Assembly (NCBI GenBank): GCA_030265395.1
Contig: JARFYF010000007.1
Span: forward strand, 38,086,924 to 38,150,923
Direction of reading: 5' to 3'
From: Rhina ancylostomus
Lineage: Eukaryota
Length of the DNA: 64,000 nt
The notes under the pieces are model-generated. The model saw only the letters and a list, made by a program, of their open reading frames with translations. It was not told the DNA's origin and searched no databases. Position numbers and translations under genes: made by a program. Every line of letters begins with the position of its first letter. Positions within the stretch are counted from its first letter, which is position 1. This document shows, piece by piece, positions 50,495 to 63,725 of the stretch.

Positions 50495-53400
50495 TAATAT
50501 CTTCATACTGAACATCATCCATTGCAGACACCAAGGTTTTAACGTTAATCCTTTCCCAGAGTTATCCAGTCACATCATTTACCAGTATATTCTTCTACTT
50601 GTCCACAGACATACATGATAGATGTGCAATAAATGCACAAGATCTGCATTTTTTAAAAGTCACATTCTTAAAGCAGAATACATAGTTGACATCACAATAT
50701 ATTGCAAAACAGTGTTCCATTAATATAAAAATTAAAAATCTATAGTTTTATGTGGGTCTTTAGTGTGCTTGTTGTTATCAGCAAAATCCAAAAAATTCAA
50801 CATCTATGTAAATTTGACATTACTCCACTCCTGCAAAAAACCTCAGTCATTTGCATTTCAAATAATATGCAAAGTTCTTCCAGTTCATTGAATGCTTCAT
50901 GCCTGATGTTTTCATAATCAGTTTTAATGGGCAGAAAGTGGGGAATGCTGCAAACTTTTGCACTGATCCAATTCTTTGTTAACTGCAGTGGAAGATGAAA
51001 CGTGGAAAATGACCCTTGGAGGTATTGCATCCAATGTAAGTATAATTACTATAGGAAGGGTACAGAAGTTAACATGTCAGAAAACTTTCCTGAGAACAGA
51101 TATGCTAATTTAACTTTGCAATTGAGTGCAAAAAGTGGGTGCTTAAGAGTAATAATGAAACAAAATATTTTATGGACAGAACAAAGAAGCAAATAAGTTC
51201 CTAACTGGGTAAAAAATAGAAGTGATTCAGTTCTGTAGTAGTTTCTGCAAGATAAAAGCCATTACACAAATCATTGCAAAATATGGATCTCGTTGATAGT
51301 TTCGGTGTTGGTGGTAGAGCGTTAATGTGCTTCATTTCTGCATTTTCGCTCTCTAGCTGATCTCAAGATGAAGATATTATTTTGCTGGAACTAGTAGCAT
51401 GTCAAACTTAACTCTCTGGTAAAAAATTACCTATTTTGTAAAACATTTCTTCAGCCTGTAGCATATGCCAACAATTTTATTGGATAATGTTTCATTACAA
51501 GAGAGAGGTCAAAATACACAGAGAAAATCTAACCATGTATTTCTTTTAAATCCATCAAAATGACAACAAAACTAAGAGTGATACACAAAGAGTAATCAGA
51601 AATCTCAAGTGTCAATGGATTCCAGGATGCTATCTGGTTTTCAATTCTGATTAGTTTAACTAGCCAAGCATCCTTACTGCATCTAACTCCAATTCTTTTC
51701 TGCATCTTTTCTACATTTGCTGAGCTCATCCCATTCATGAGAACTGCTTCTTTCTTACTTCCATCAAACTGTAGATTACCCAGCTGTCTTTTCTAGCCCT
51801 TTTGCTAACTGACCTTATAAAACTTTTGCTCCCCTCAGGTATTGTATTCTCTTGTCAATACTACTCATCACTTCAAAAACTCTCCCCCAACCCTCTCTGG
51901 ACTTGTAACTACTGCCATAGCCTATCCTAAATACCCCATTGCTTTATTCCTTGTTAACTCTATTCTCATTTTGTTTCAGATTTGCTATTGGAAGCCCCAA
52001 CAATCATGTTTCTACCTAATGGGTGCATCCTCCCTTGGTTGCACATTCACCTGTCAGATAAAAGACTGTGTATATCAGTTATGAGTTTTCTTCCATCCCC
52101 TGGCATTTACCTCCAGATCTATTCTTGTTTCACACCTCTTGATAACCCATATATGTGNNNNNNNNNNNNNNNNNNNNNNNNNNNNNNNNNNNNNNNNNNN
52201 NNNNNNNNNNNNNNNNNNNNNNNNNNNNNNNNNNNNCACCAGTCTTGATCTCTGCTGGATAAATTTGGATAAGCTGAAAATTCCTTTGATCAAACCCATT
52301 GCTTCTGTTCTTGCCTCAGTCCCTCTGCTGCTAAAACTCCCATCAATACTTTTGACACCTCAGTACTTAATGTTTCTAATTCCCTTTTGATTGATCTCTG
52401 AATGTCTGCCCTACTAAAACAAAACTGCTTTTCTTCAGTCCAGTGTTAAGTCCCACCTACTCATCATTCTTGTCCTTGCTTCCAGTCAGCAAACTCTCCA
52501 GTGCATAATTCCCATAATCATGTTTAACTCCTTTAATAACCTGGATCTGTGACCTCACCTAGTCCTGCATCTCTGTTCCTTCGACTGTCTGCTTGTGCGT
52601 TGTCCCTTCACTGGTAGTAGTCTTCAACTTCTTCCCCATTAATATCTTCCCTAAACCCACCTCTTTAACCAAGCTTTTTAATCACTGTTCCAATATCTGC
52701 TTTGGCTAAGGATTTACTTTCTTACATTACATTTCCATGAATTACCTTGGAACATAAATGCTTGTTGTTATGGTTCCCCACTGGAAGCATGGAATGAGTG
52801 AACTTAACCTAAAATGAAATAAAATGTCACTTGCCAGTTCCTGCATTCTGTTATTGCTTTTTCTTTGAACTACTTCGATGCACTGATGTGATGAAATAAT
52901 CTGTATAGATGGCATGCAAAAAAAGTTTTTCACTGTATTTCAGTACCTATGGCAATAATAAACCAATTTACCAGTTCCACTGTGGAGGGAAGAAGAGTCC
53001 AATGAATAGAAAGAAGGGTGTCACAACACAACCCCAACAAAGGGAAACATATTTGTAACTGATATGAAGGAATTTTACCATCGGTCTGACTCCAATTCAC
53101 TTCATTGAACAAGTAAGGCCATAAAGACAAGAACAGACAGACTTTAAAAATCAATTACATTGCCTTGTCCATTGTAGTATTGTTGGTCATGACATGTTTA
53201 TTTAATCTGTCCTGCAAGAGGGAACTTCTATTTGTCTGGAGCATGAATTGGAAATAGGATGCAAAGTTAGAGCACTGAATCACTGACAAAAAGATCCGAG
53301 AATGGTTATAGCGCACAAGGATGACATTTGGTCCATTGAGTCATGGCAGTCCCGTACCACTCAGATTCAGCACAATGGATTTGTTAAATTAGCCCACAGA

Positions 53401-54353
53401 TATCAGGTTCATCAATAATTTCATTAATTTTGCAAAAGGCTTTTGAAAGCCTAGGCAGACATGCTCTGACAAATTTAATAGTTATAAGAATCCCCATACG
53501 TACTGGAACATTAGTAAGAATGAATTACAGTGCCAGGTTAGTATGAAGGACATAGCAAATAATTGTTTTGTGCAGTACTCAGTGGATAAGTGCCAACATT
53601 TATTAAGGGAGTAACTGACCTATACCGACCAGAAAGTTCCATGGCTAATTCCCTGGTCTGGGTGTAGTTAGCAATTCGCAAACAGGGCAGTGACATGGCT
53701 TTTGAAATTAAGTTTACTATTCCCTATCACTCCCCAGTCAAGTTTGATTGCTAACTTTTCCTTGATCTGATGAAAAGCCATTGCTCTGAAATGTTAACTC
53801 TCTCTGTCCCTACAGATGCCACTTGATTTGCTGACTATTTATAGTATTTTCTGTTTTATACATCACTATTCAGTTTTCAATAATAGAGATGCACGTGAGT
53901 AGATATTAGACAAGAATGACATTATGCTTGGCTCTAATGTTTCTTGTTAACAACTAGCCTGCAAAAATTCACTGTTGAGATACTTTTGAATAATGACACT
54001 TGGATGAGATATGAGATAAAAACTGGTTTGTATGGAATTGTTTCCTTGTAAAGATTAAAAAGGCAAAGAGGGAAAATAAAATATTCACCTTATAAAACTT
54101 GTTAAATACAGAACAGTGAAATATTTCAATATGAAGATAAGTGTCCAGCAGAGATCTTAACATCAATGTTATTTGGGTTAACAGCAGACCTGATAATAAA
54201 TCAGAGCAACGAGAGCAGTGGATTCAGATGAAGAAAATGGCAAAGCTTTGATACTTAGGGGAGTAAATTAGGACATTTTTTAAAGCAATACCTGGCCACA
54301 TAAGGACTAAAATGCAGTCCTAGATGCTGAATCAAGTGAAGGCTTCACAATGT

Positions 54354-54686
54354 GGGTGGCATAGTGGAGCAGCTAGTAGAATCGCTGCCTCACAACTTCA
54401 GAGACCAAGTTCAACCCTGACCTTGGGTGGTATCTGTGAAGGTTGCATATTCTCCCTGTGATCAGGTGGGTTTCCTCCAGGTGCTCCAGTCTCCCCTACA
54501 GCCTAGGGATATGTGAGTTGTTAGGTTAATCGACCACTGTTAATTATCTGAGTGTGTAGGTGAATGGTAGGGAATCTGTGGGGAATTGATGAAAATGTTC
54601 GATTAATGATTAGTATAAATGGGTGGTTGATGGTCAGTGCAGACCTAGTGGGCTGAAGGACCTGTTTACATACTGTATCTCTCCAT
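54354..54686 (+). mobile_element. HE1-like V-SINE
   Basis: tRNA head, V-domain ttgcatattctccctgtga...gggtttcctccaggtgctcc, tail gtgggctgaaggacctgttt. Confidence 0.8.
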
Positions 54687-54961
54687 ATATCTAATGGGCT
54701 AACTAGCACTATTGCCCATGTGCTTTTTCTGTAGGCCTCTGTGAGTACGGGCTGGATGCCCATATATGCATCCTCATACTGGTTGACACTGTTCTGAGTT
54801 GACACAGTTTTAGGGTGGCCATTGTTCAACAGGAGACCAAATCTAAAAGCACTAAAAACTGTACTTTTGCCATACATGTCCAAAAGCCAAGGTATGGGTC
54901 TCAGAGACGATGGGTGAGTGGCGCTGGGCACGAGTTGGGAAAGGAGCAGCATTAAATCTAT

Positions 54962-56093
54962 ACCATATGCATGGGAATCTTTCTTTTGTTACTGCTATCT
55001 GTCACCTGCCTTTCAAGCTGTTTCTTATTCAGGGAGGTAGGCTTGAGGGAGCAAAACTGGTGAAAAAAGGGAGGCCAGCAGAAATGCATTGGAGTAGTCT
55101 AGTCTAGTTATGTTTCAGCAGTCAAAATAGGAATCTAAGTTTTGACATAGACTTATTGTCCAAAGTTCACCTCAGGGTTAAACACGACCTCAAGTTTACA
55201 TCAGTTTGATTCAATTTCAGACAGCTATCAGGCATGAAATCGGTGGCAAGGAAACAGAGTTGGTATGAGGGGTTCTAACTGCATACCGGCATGAGGTATT
55301 TTCACCAGCAGAGATATTCAAAGCATAGCTGATATTGTGGGTGCAAGCAGAGTAATTCTTCTGTATTTTAAATTGCTTTGAATCTCTTCATTATTTTTTG
55401 AAGAACTCCTATTGAAAACCCTTTGATGTAAAAATGGGTGGGAGCTAGAGATAACTTGTATACTTACCTACCATAACAAGAGGAGGCCATTCTGCCTGTC
55501 AAGTCCATGCCAACTCCCAGAAGAGCGGACCCATTTTGTACTGCTGCAATTTAGTTTCCTCCACGTTTCCATAAGCTCCCCTTTTACCACTTATCTATAC
55601 TATGGGGCAATTTACAGTCGCCGATTAACCTACTAGCAGATCTTTAGAATGAGGGAGGAAACGGAACACCCGGCAGAAACCTACACAGTCACGGGAGGAA
55701 CGTAGTAAGGATCCATCCCAGGAGCCATGAGGAAACAGCACTAACTGCTGCACCACTGTGCTACCAATTGCAACCAAAACTTGAGGAACCGGTAGAAGCA
55801 GAAGAGTGAACAAAAAAAGCTAGAAAAAATTAATAAGAGATCGTCAAAATACGATAACTATATTTTACATATGGTATACATTTAATGTTGCCAAACAATT
55901 TTTAATTCTCTTTTCACACGGATGTTATTTATGTCTGAGGCACATAAGAACAGGCTCACAGAGGGAAGCGAAGATAATCTGAGAGCATCACCCGTCACAG
56001 ATAACCATATTGGGAATGTTTCTTTTGTTACTGCTGTCACCTGCCTTTCAAGCTGTTTCTTATTCAGGGAGGTAGGCTTGAGGGAACAAAACT
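54962..56093. repeat. Dispersed direct repeat of about 90 bp (54962-55058 and 56004-56093)
   Basis: Both copies read tgggaat(c/g)tttcttttgttactgct(atct)gtcacctgcctttcaagctgtttcttattcagggaggtaggcttgaggga(g/a)caaaact. Confidence 0.9.
55475..55765 (-). mobile_element. HE1-like V-SINE
   Basis: Reverse V-domain ggaggaaacggaacacccggcagaaacctacacagtcacggg and tRNA head cagcactaactgctgcaccactgtgc. Confidence 0.75.
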
Positions 56094-56699
56094 ACAGGAT
56101 GCCCTCCAGGTGCACACCATCCTGATTCGGAATTTTATCTTTGTTCCTTCGTTGTTGAAAGGTTTAAAATGTGGAACTCCCCCTCCCCCGCACCTTAGAA
56201 ATGTCTTCACCAGACGGACTGCAGCAACTGGAGAAGGCAGCTTAATACCAACTTCTTCAGGATAATTAGGTATGAACAATAAATCTCTACCTTACCAGTT
56301 ATGCTTGAATTAAAATGACAATCCAAGTTTATGCACCACAACTATCGGGCATACCCCATCATACAATGAGAGGCAATAAAGGAAGATTCCCTTCTAATTT
56401 GAAAATTAAATTATTTTCATATATATTTACTTTTATGAACAGGAAATTCAGGAACAGGGATGCCAAACACAACCTTTTACTACTCATTACAGGCTGCGAT
56501 GCATTGATTTATGCATATATTACTTAATTTTCATTTATCAATNNNNNNNNNNNNNNNNNNNNNNNNNNNNNNNNNNNNNNNNNNNNNNNNNNNNNNNNNN
56601 NNNNNNNNNNNNNNNNNNNNNNNNNNNNNNNNNNNNNNNNNNTACTTAATTTTCATTTATCAATTGGAATAAATTACTAGTTTACTGAGCAGTGAAAAT

Positions 56700-56969
56700 A
56701 AGCACTCAGGAGGTCGGAATGGTTGCAAATTTTGGGGTGGGACTTCCTCTGTTGGAGCCGGAAGACTCGAAACAGAGTGAAATCCGGAAATTGGAGGTGA
56801 AATATTAGCACAGAGAGTGAACCCAAGGGAAGGTGCATCGTGAAGGTTGGTTCAGGTGGTACGCAAGAGTGTTTGGTCACTGTGAGCAATATTGAGCTGC
56901 TGCATTTAAACGAAGAAGAAAGCAAAAAGTGTTTACATCAATTTCTCATGTCCGCATGAGGTGTTCATT
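56700..56969 (+). promoter_or_regulatory. TBC1D8 promoter / 5'UTR region
   Basis: Locally retained CpGs, ETS-type CCGGAAG (~56758) and CCGGAAA (~56784), GGGGTGGG box; TSS not determinable. Confidence 0.5.
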
Positions 56970-57096
56970 ATGTGGCTGAAGCCTGAAGAAGTACTGCTGA
57001 AAAATGCTCTCAAGCTCTGGGTGACGGAGAAATCCAATTCTTACTTCATCTTACAGCGCAGGAGGAGACAGGGAGACAGCGGCGGAAAACTCTCCG
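56970..57096 (+). CDS. TBC1D8: TBC1D8 (GRAM/Rab-GAP TBC protein) first coding exon
   Basis: [42 protein letters not shown](G) matches the TBC1D8/8B N-terminus; G|gtgaga donor; head-to-head with CNOT11 as in human; no further exons recognised in the window. Confidence 0.92.
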
Positions 57097-60000
57097 GTGA
57101 GAGAAAGGGAGAGGGAGGGAGGGAGGGTAGTCATCTCATGAAACTGATTCCCTGTATAACTGAGCAGATGTGTATATCTAGGTGAAGTCCGAGGGAAATG
57201 GCAATGATTATCTTACTTGGTTGGCAGTCAGCCTTATTGTGCATTGTTTGGTTTACAATTGTGCGTGTGTTGAACTTCACAGGTGGCTTATCTGGGCTAA
57301 ATATCAATTTTTATTTTGTCATAATTTGGTTTCTGAGTAACAACTGAGTTATCATGGGCATTTTCAAGTGCCGTACAGAGCTACGAACTGTACGGTCATT
57401 TTAGAGGTGAGCCTAATTGCATTTTGTGTTTGAGTGGCATGATAGAGAGCACCACCTGGCACGGAATAACACCGCTTGAATGCTATCCAGGTCCGTCGTT
57501 CACCTGGCCGACCAAAGCGCCAGCTTTTTTGTTTGGTGCAGTGTTGTTTTACATCATGCCTGGGGGCAAAACAGGCAGGTTTTAAATCCCGTCTCTTAAT
57601 CTGTTAAAAGCCTTTTCTGTAAGTATTGAGAGTGGCCTGCAATGGACGGTGACTTCACTAAAGGTGAATTAGTTTATTTGTGGTAACAACCACAGAGTTG
57701 TCTTTTGTATGGTGTGGTGGCTTTCCTACCTGCATTCATCCCTGTAACTCCTATCGCTGGGGTCTCCTGAATTACAGCTATAAACTTGAGTTATTGTGAT
57801 TTATGATTTTGAATTGAATTTATTTTCATAGCATTGCCTTCAGTGACTGCATCTACACTGGGTAAGGATACAATTAATTATACACTTTAAATGGATTTAA
57901 AATATTTGTGATGGGTACAAGAAATTTTTAATTGAAGATGAAAGTTTTAAATTGAATATTACTGCTCATAAGTGATTTCAGTCCTCTGGTTAGTGCCATA
58001 TCTTAATGAAGTTTTTTTTTAATAGATGTTTGAGTTGGGCAGGAACAAATGGATTTAAGTGGCAGAGATTTAAGTAAGACACAAATGGTGTTTGGATATT
58101 ACTTGGTCTTGATCACTTGTCTGCTTTAGATTTGAATTAAAGTCCCTGTGTAATCCTGCAACTTAACTCTCCATGTTTAAGTGAGGTCAGAGTGTTGCTT
58201 GCTGAGACAGGAAAATGTGCACAATATCTTGTCTATGCATTGGACGGGAAAGGAAAAGAAGTGGGTGGGGGAAAATAATTCACTTTTTGATCTACCTGCC
58301 CACTCCTCTTGTCCAAACTTTTTTTAACTAAGGCTTTGAACTTGGACTTGTTACAGTCTTACTAATCCTGTCTTTCTCACAACTCTACTAATCCATCAAT
58401 GATAGAATGGAACCTGTCCTTGAAGGTACCCACCATCTCCATGATTAAAACTTTTTAATCAGTCACAACGGTTGGGAGAAAGTCTCATCGTTACAAAGTG
58501 ACCACCCTCTCCAATCCATTAATCCTTGCTCATTTTTCCTACACCTTCATTACTGAATTTTGCTGATCAAGTATATATCTCTTCCCAAAAAAAAACTGGC
58601 TCTGGTAAAATGCACAAACAATATTCTATGTGTCTATGACCATGTATAGCCTCCTCCTCACAACTGCAGTTTTTGGAGTAATGTCAGTCTCCTCTATTTT
58701 CCATCTGAGTAGGTATGCTCTTCCCTTCCCAGCTGAAGCCAAAGAATGGCCTGCAATGGTACCACTGAATTTGCCTAAGGATGTGTCCTTGTTCTATTCC
58801 AGTTCTGAACTACGTGCTACCCTTGGCAAATTCATTTGAACATCTAGTGTCTGGTGCACCATATGTGCTGATGCTCTTCCTCTGTCTTTCTATTGCTGCA
58901 ATTCCATACCAGTTCTACCCCACTATCACCTTGCTCTCTTCACTCAGCTTTCAAATTGTTGTCAAACTGTTTTCTTTAATTGCAATCCTGGATAACTTTA
59001 CGTTTCCTCCAGTTAAAGGTTGGTTTTGGGCTTCCCGTTGCTGCCACCACAAACTGTTCCCTAGCCAAATTCCATTTCCTCAGCTGACCATTTATTCCCC
59101 TACCTGAGTTCATAGCTTTGATATTCTATTTGACCTTGTGCTTCCTATCCATCACTATGCCTAACTTCTTCCACCTTTTATAAACCCTTGGCCTCTCCTT
59201 CATCTCATCTGTTGCTGAAACCCTTATTCTTGTCCANNNNNNNNNNNNNNNNNNNNTTGGCCTCCCTCCTTCCACCCTCTATCAACTAGAGCTCATCTAA
59301 AACTTCTGCTGCTTAAATTCAATTTGCTCACTGTGCTTGCTGAACTAATCAATTTCTTCGGGAGAAATGTTGCTTGTTTTGTTCTCCTCCTTGTGCTTCA
59401 ATCCCACCATACCATGGCCCTAGTGTTCCTCCAGATGCTCTGTTCTGGAATTCCTTTCCTCCACCTCTGTTTGCCCTTTAAAATTGACCTCTTGATCAGC
59501 TGTCCAGCTTTGTCCAATTGCACTGTTGTTCAACTCCTTGCAATGGATTGCACTATTAAAGGGGTTATAAAAATGCAAGTTAAATGTTAGCATGTTCCTT
59601 CTGTCTTTGGATACAAGACCAGTGTAAACCTATTAATTACAGAAATGTCTTGTCCTTTTTAGCAGCAAGCTTGTAGCTGGATCTGTCTTGGAGAAAGATA
59701 GCTGGGTTTTGTTTAGGGACAGAGGTTTGGACACTACAGGAATTCTGAGAATATGGCAATGTTGTGTGAAAGTGGATCTGAGGCATATGATCTTATTGAA
59801 TGAAAACAGTCTGGTGTGTGATCTGATTCCTGAGTTTGGTAATGCCAGTAAGGATACTGGTTCTATACAAAGCCTGGATTTGGAAAAGAAGCAGAACATG
59901 CACAGTGGAATGTCCCCTTTGTCTGTTTGCCTGTTGTGCACTGTATCCTGTAAATCACCAAGGTTGGGTATAAAATCTTGCAATTGGAGTTTTGTAATGC

Positions 60001-61159
60001 CTTGTGCTCACATCTGGACTGGTTTGTTTTTAAAAGGTCTGTGTTATTTCTGCATTAAAGCTGTGCCTTTCTGAGAGTATTTCCCATGATTGTGGCAGAT
60101 GCGTTGAGCTGAATTAGCTTTACTGAGATTTTTTTTAAAGTTACCTAATGACTGCTCACCAGAATTTATCCCCATTTTTGGGAAAGTTCCAGCAATGTGT
60201 GCAAATGTTGTTCTCATAAACTAGCTTTTCAATTGTTTGCATGCATTGGTGACAAGGTGCACATTGATTAGATTTCTTTTTGTCTGAAACAATATGTATT
60301 GAGATGCTTCATTGAATTTGTCCTGAAAGAAGCAAACTTGTTTTAGTGATTCCAATGGTATGTTACATCTTACAATAGCTTTCTGAACAGAAGGGAGATG
60401 TAACATTTTTGGCATCTAGGAGATGTATTCTAATCATCACTTTGTGTCTAGCTATCTCCACACACAGACTATATTTGTTAAATTTTCTCTTTTGAAGAGC
60501 TGATCCTATAAGGACCCTCCTAAACTAGCCAATTTTTTTTCTTCTTCTGTCAAATTCATGCTGCCCATGGGAATACATTTATTCACCAGTGCTGCTTGTG
60601 TGCATCTACCTGTGTCTTGGTAATTTATATGACAATTTACTAGGAAGAGAAGAAAATGAGGCACATGTACTCATGATTTCAGCCTAGGTCTCATTGAAGC
60701 TTCCATCCCAAACCAAATTCAGATTTTCAATAATGTTCATTCTCCTGTTTAAATTATCATTTTTCTCAGGTATTTGCTGAGATCATGATGTACAATAACC
60801 GATAAAGCAAAACTTAGAGGTCTAAACTAAACAGCTAAATTGTCTTGATTCTATTGGTGAAACAATTTTAGATGGAGTATTTTTGTAAATGGATGTTTTA
60901 TTTTTGAATCATGTGCATCTCTAACACAAAAATGGCATCAGAGATGCAAGGGTTAACTCACGTCACAGATACATGGTTGAAATTCATGATTTTTTTTTGA
61001 CCCAGAAATGATGAAAGACAACTTTTACTTTGGTTAAATTTTACTTTGCGTTTTATGGTGCTGAAGGAAGTGTTACATGATTTTCTTTTAAAACAATAAT
61101 TACTCCCTAAAATATAAAATGAGATCTTGGTATGTAACCAAGGTGTCTCTCAAATTTCT

Positions 61160-61582
61160 ATAAACGTACAGTGGCGAGCATTCTGACTGGTTACATCAGA
61201 GCCTGGTCTGGAGGCTCCAATGCACAGGATTGCAAGAGGGTTGTAGACTCAGCCAGCCCCATCATGGATACAACCCTCCCCACCATTGAGGACATCTTCA
61301 AGAGGTGATGCCTCGAGGTGGCATCCATCACTAAGGACCCTAACCATCTGAGTCATGCCCTCTTGTTACTACCATTGGGAGGAGGTACAGGAAGACCCAC
61401 ATTCAACCATTCAGAAATAGTCTTTTTCCACTTCATCAGATTTCTGAACTGACCAGAAATAGTACCTCATTATTCCTTTTTTTGCCATTTAATTATCTTT
61501 GTAATTTTATTTCTTGCGCTGTACTGCTGCCACAAAAAAACAAATTTCATGTCATATGTCAGTGATTAAATCTGATTCTGAA
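61160..61582 (+). mobile_element. REX1/Babar-like LINE 3' fragment
   Basis: SILTGYIRAWSGGSNAQDCKR...LPTIEDIF (cf. ESILTGCITxWYG...LPxIxDIY) plus tail ctgtactgctgccacaaaaaaacaaatttcatgtcatatgtcagtgattaaatctgattctga; another tail-like piece at ~52840-52975. Confidence 0.7.
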
Positions 61583-63314
61583 ACGTACAAACAAAAATTA
61601 AGCTTGTAATTTCTCCCTTCTCTCCATGTAATCTCAATACTTTATCAGAAAGTAAAATCATCATTTCCCTGCTCCATTTTGACATTTGAATAGAATGACA
61701 TTGGATTGAAAGTAATTAATATTATTGTTTCTGTTATTTGCCATACATTAAGGAGCTCTGAAAACAAATGTGATTGATGAAAAGACCTTTGCACACCTTT
61801 TTTAGGTGACTGGTTGGATGCTTTGGCAGTATTATAGCAAGATGTGCCAGCACTCTCTTTGCAAGGCCAAATTTTTCTTTAAATTTGCATATTAGTGTTA
61901 CATACTTTCCACTTTATATACCAGGGACGGTTTCTTTTTGAGTCAGGGGTTGATGTTTTCTAAGTCCCTATGCAGAACTTGAGCATCTAATGTAGGGTCA
62001 CATTTCAGTACAATGTGGTAGAGTGCTGCATTGTTCCAAGTGTTGTCATTGGATGAGATGTTGAATTGCCACTTTTTGTTCCAATGGTCTTTGACAGTTT
62101 TGCTTTGTTTTGCATTTGTCCTCTTTTCTGTTTCTTCCTCCCACTTGAACCACCATCACCCAACACTCACCCCACCTCCACGATCCCATTGACTTTGAAA
62201 CAAATGCCAGTCCTCAAACTTTTTAAAAAAAAAACTCATTTGTATTCATCCTTTTTGCCCAAGCTTTCAGCCATCGACCCATTATCCTTTCATCATAGGC
62301 TTTGTGCCATATTTTTAAAATATTTCTTCCCTCTTGCCCCTGCCCTTGCCTTATTTAGCATAGTACATGTCCTACACTTAAGCCTTACAAAATGTAAGGC
62401 TGGATGAATTTGGTTACTAGTATGGATGATTAAAGTATTCTTAACTTTTGTTCTTGACCTTCTTGTGCTCACTTAACGAGGCATAGTACACTTTTATTTG
62501 TTACTTTTTATTTTGAGCCTCTGTAAATTGAATGGCTGGAAATGCATTTGTTCCAACTTTTTTTTTAGAGAAATTGGTTTCACTTTGAAGGTTGTTTCCT
62601 TGAGTATTCATCTCATGAATCTAGTATGTTCGGAAGCAATTCCAACAAGGGCAGGAGGAGAATTGCAGCTGACTCTGCCTATAGTGGTAGTTCATTATGC
62701 TATTTGTTTTGTAGCAAGTGCTAGAATGACAATTTGAATAACTTTGGAGGGCCAGCTGTAGTTTAATTTAACCATGCACAAATAACTAAATACTGATGCT
62801 TTTAGTCACATATGAAGACACTTGCTGAAGTTTTTTTAAAAAAAAACAAGTTCTGCTTGGTTTGCTACCCTACAATGACGACAACAACAAAGGAATAATA
62901 CTTTCATTTTAAAATGCAGGGAATTACAACTGATATTTTTGTATTATTTGCTTGAAATGATTTTGCATCCTCATTGGTTCTGAAGACCCAACAATGGGCA
63001 TAAGTAGAGAATTTTTCAACTTATCTGCTTGTTACAGTAATTTGTGTAACAGGAATTCTGTCTTGTTCCATTTCCACAGATGGGTTGAGAGACCACAATG
63101 TGCTACTAAATAAGCTGCATAAAACCCTCGCTTGGCATCCAAAGCTTCTTTGTGATGTACAAAGATTTGGTTGCTGATTGGTGGCTCTGTCAGAAGAATA
63201 AATTTTGGATTTGAAATTCAAATGTGACCTGTGTTGCTAATGGTGACAGAATTATGCAAGATATGAAGGGAAAACAGTGTAACAGAATGTTCATTCTTAA
63301 AGGTGCTGCACTTC

Positions 63315-63725
63315 ACTGGCATCACTTTTGCCTCTGAGTCACAATCTTGGTTCAAATTCCACTCTGGGAACTTCAGCAAAAAAAAGGTTGATGCACAGTG
63401 CAGCACTGAATGCTTTCTTTGCTGTTGGATGATATGAGGCCTGCTCTGCTCACTCAAGTAGAAGTGAAAGGAACTATGACATTTTTGTTTGAGGAAGAGC
63501 AAGAGAATTATTTCTGTCCTGTGCCATTTCCTTTTTCTTTCCAAAAAAACCCCAGTGAAATAGATTGTGGTTTCTACTTCACTGCTGCTTGCATGTTCAA
63601 ATTGGTGGCTGTGATTCCAACAACACACTAATTTCTATTATTCAACAAAATTTCATTTGGCTGCAAAGTGGTTTGAGATGCCCTGAAAGGAACATGAAAG
63701 ATGTATAAAATGCAAGACTTAATTT
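63315..63725 (+). mobile_element. DeuSINE-family SINE (SacSINE1-like), decayed
   Basis: Head cttttgcctctgagtcac...ggttcaaattccactc, Deu-like core (gaggaagagcaagaga), tail tttggctgcaaagtggtttgagatgccctg...taaaatgcaag; related fragments at ~13620-13830 and ~61940-62070. Confidence 0.65.

Noticed and set aside
59633-60074. Overlapping 116-aa and 128-aa ORFs in TBC1D8 intron 1
   Set aside because: No resemblance to the expected TBC1D8 exon 2 or any domain I recognise; no convincing splice sites
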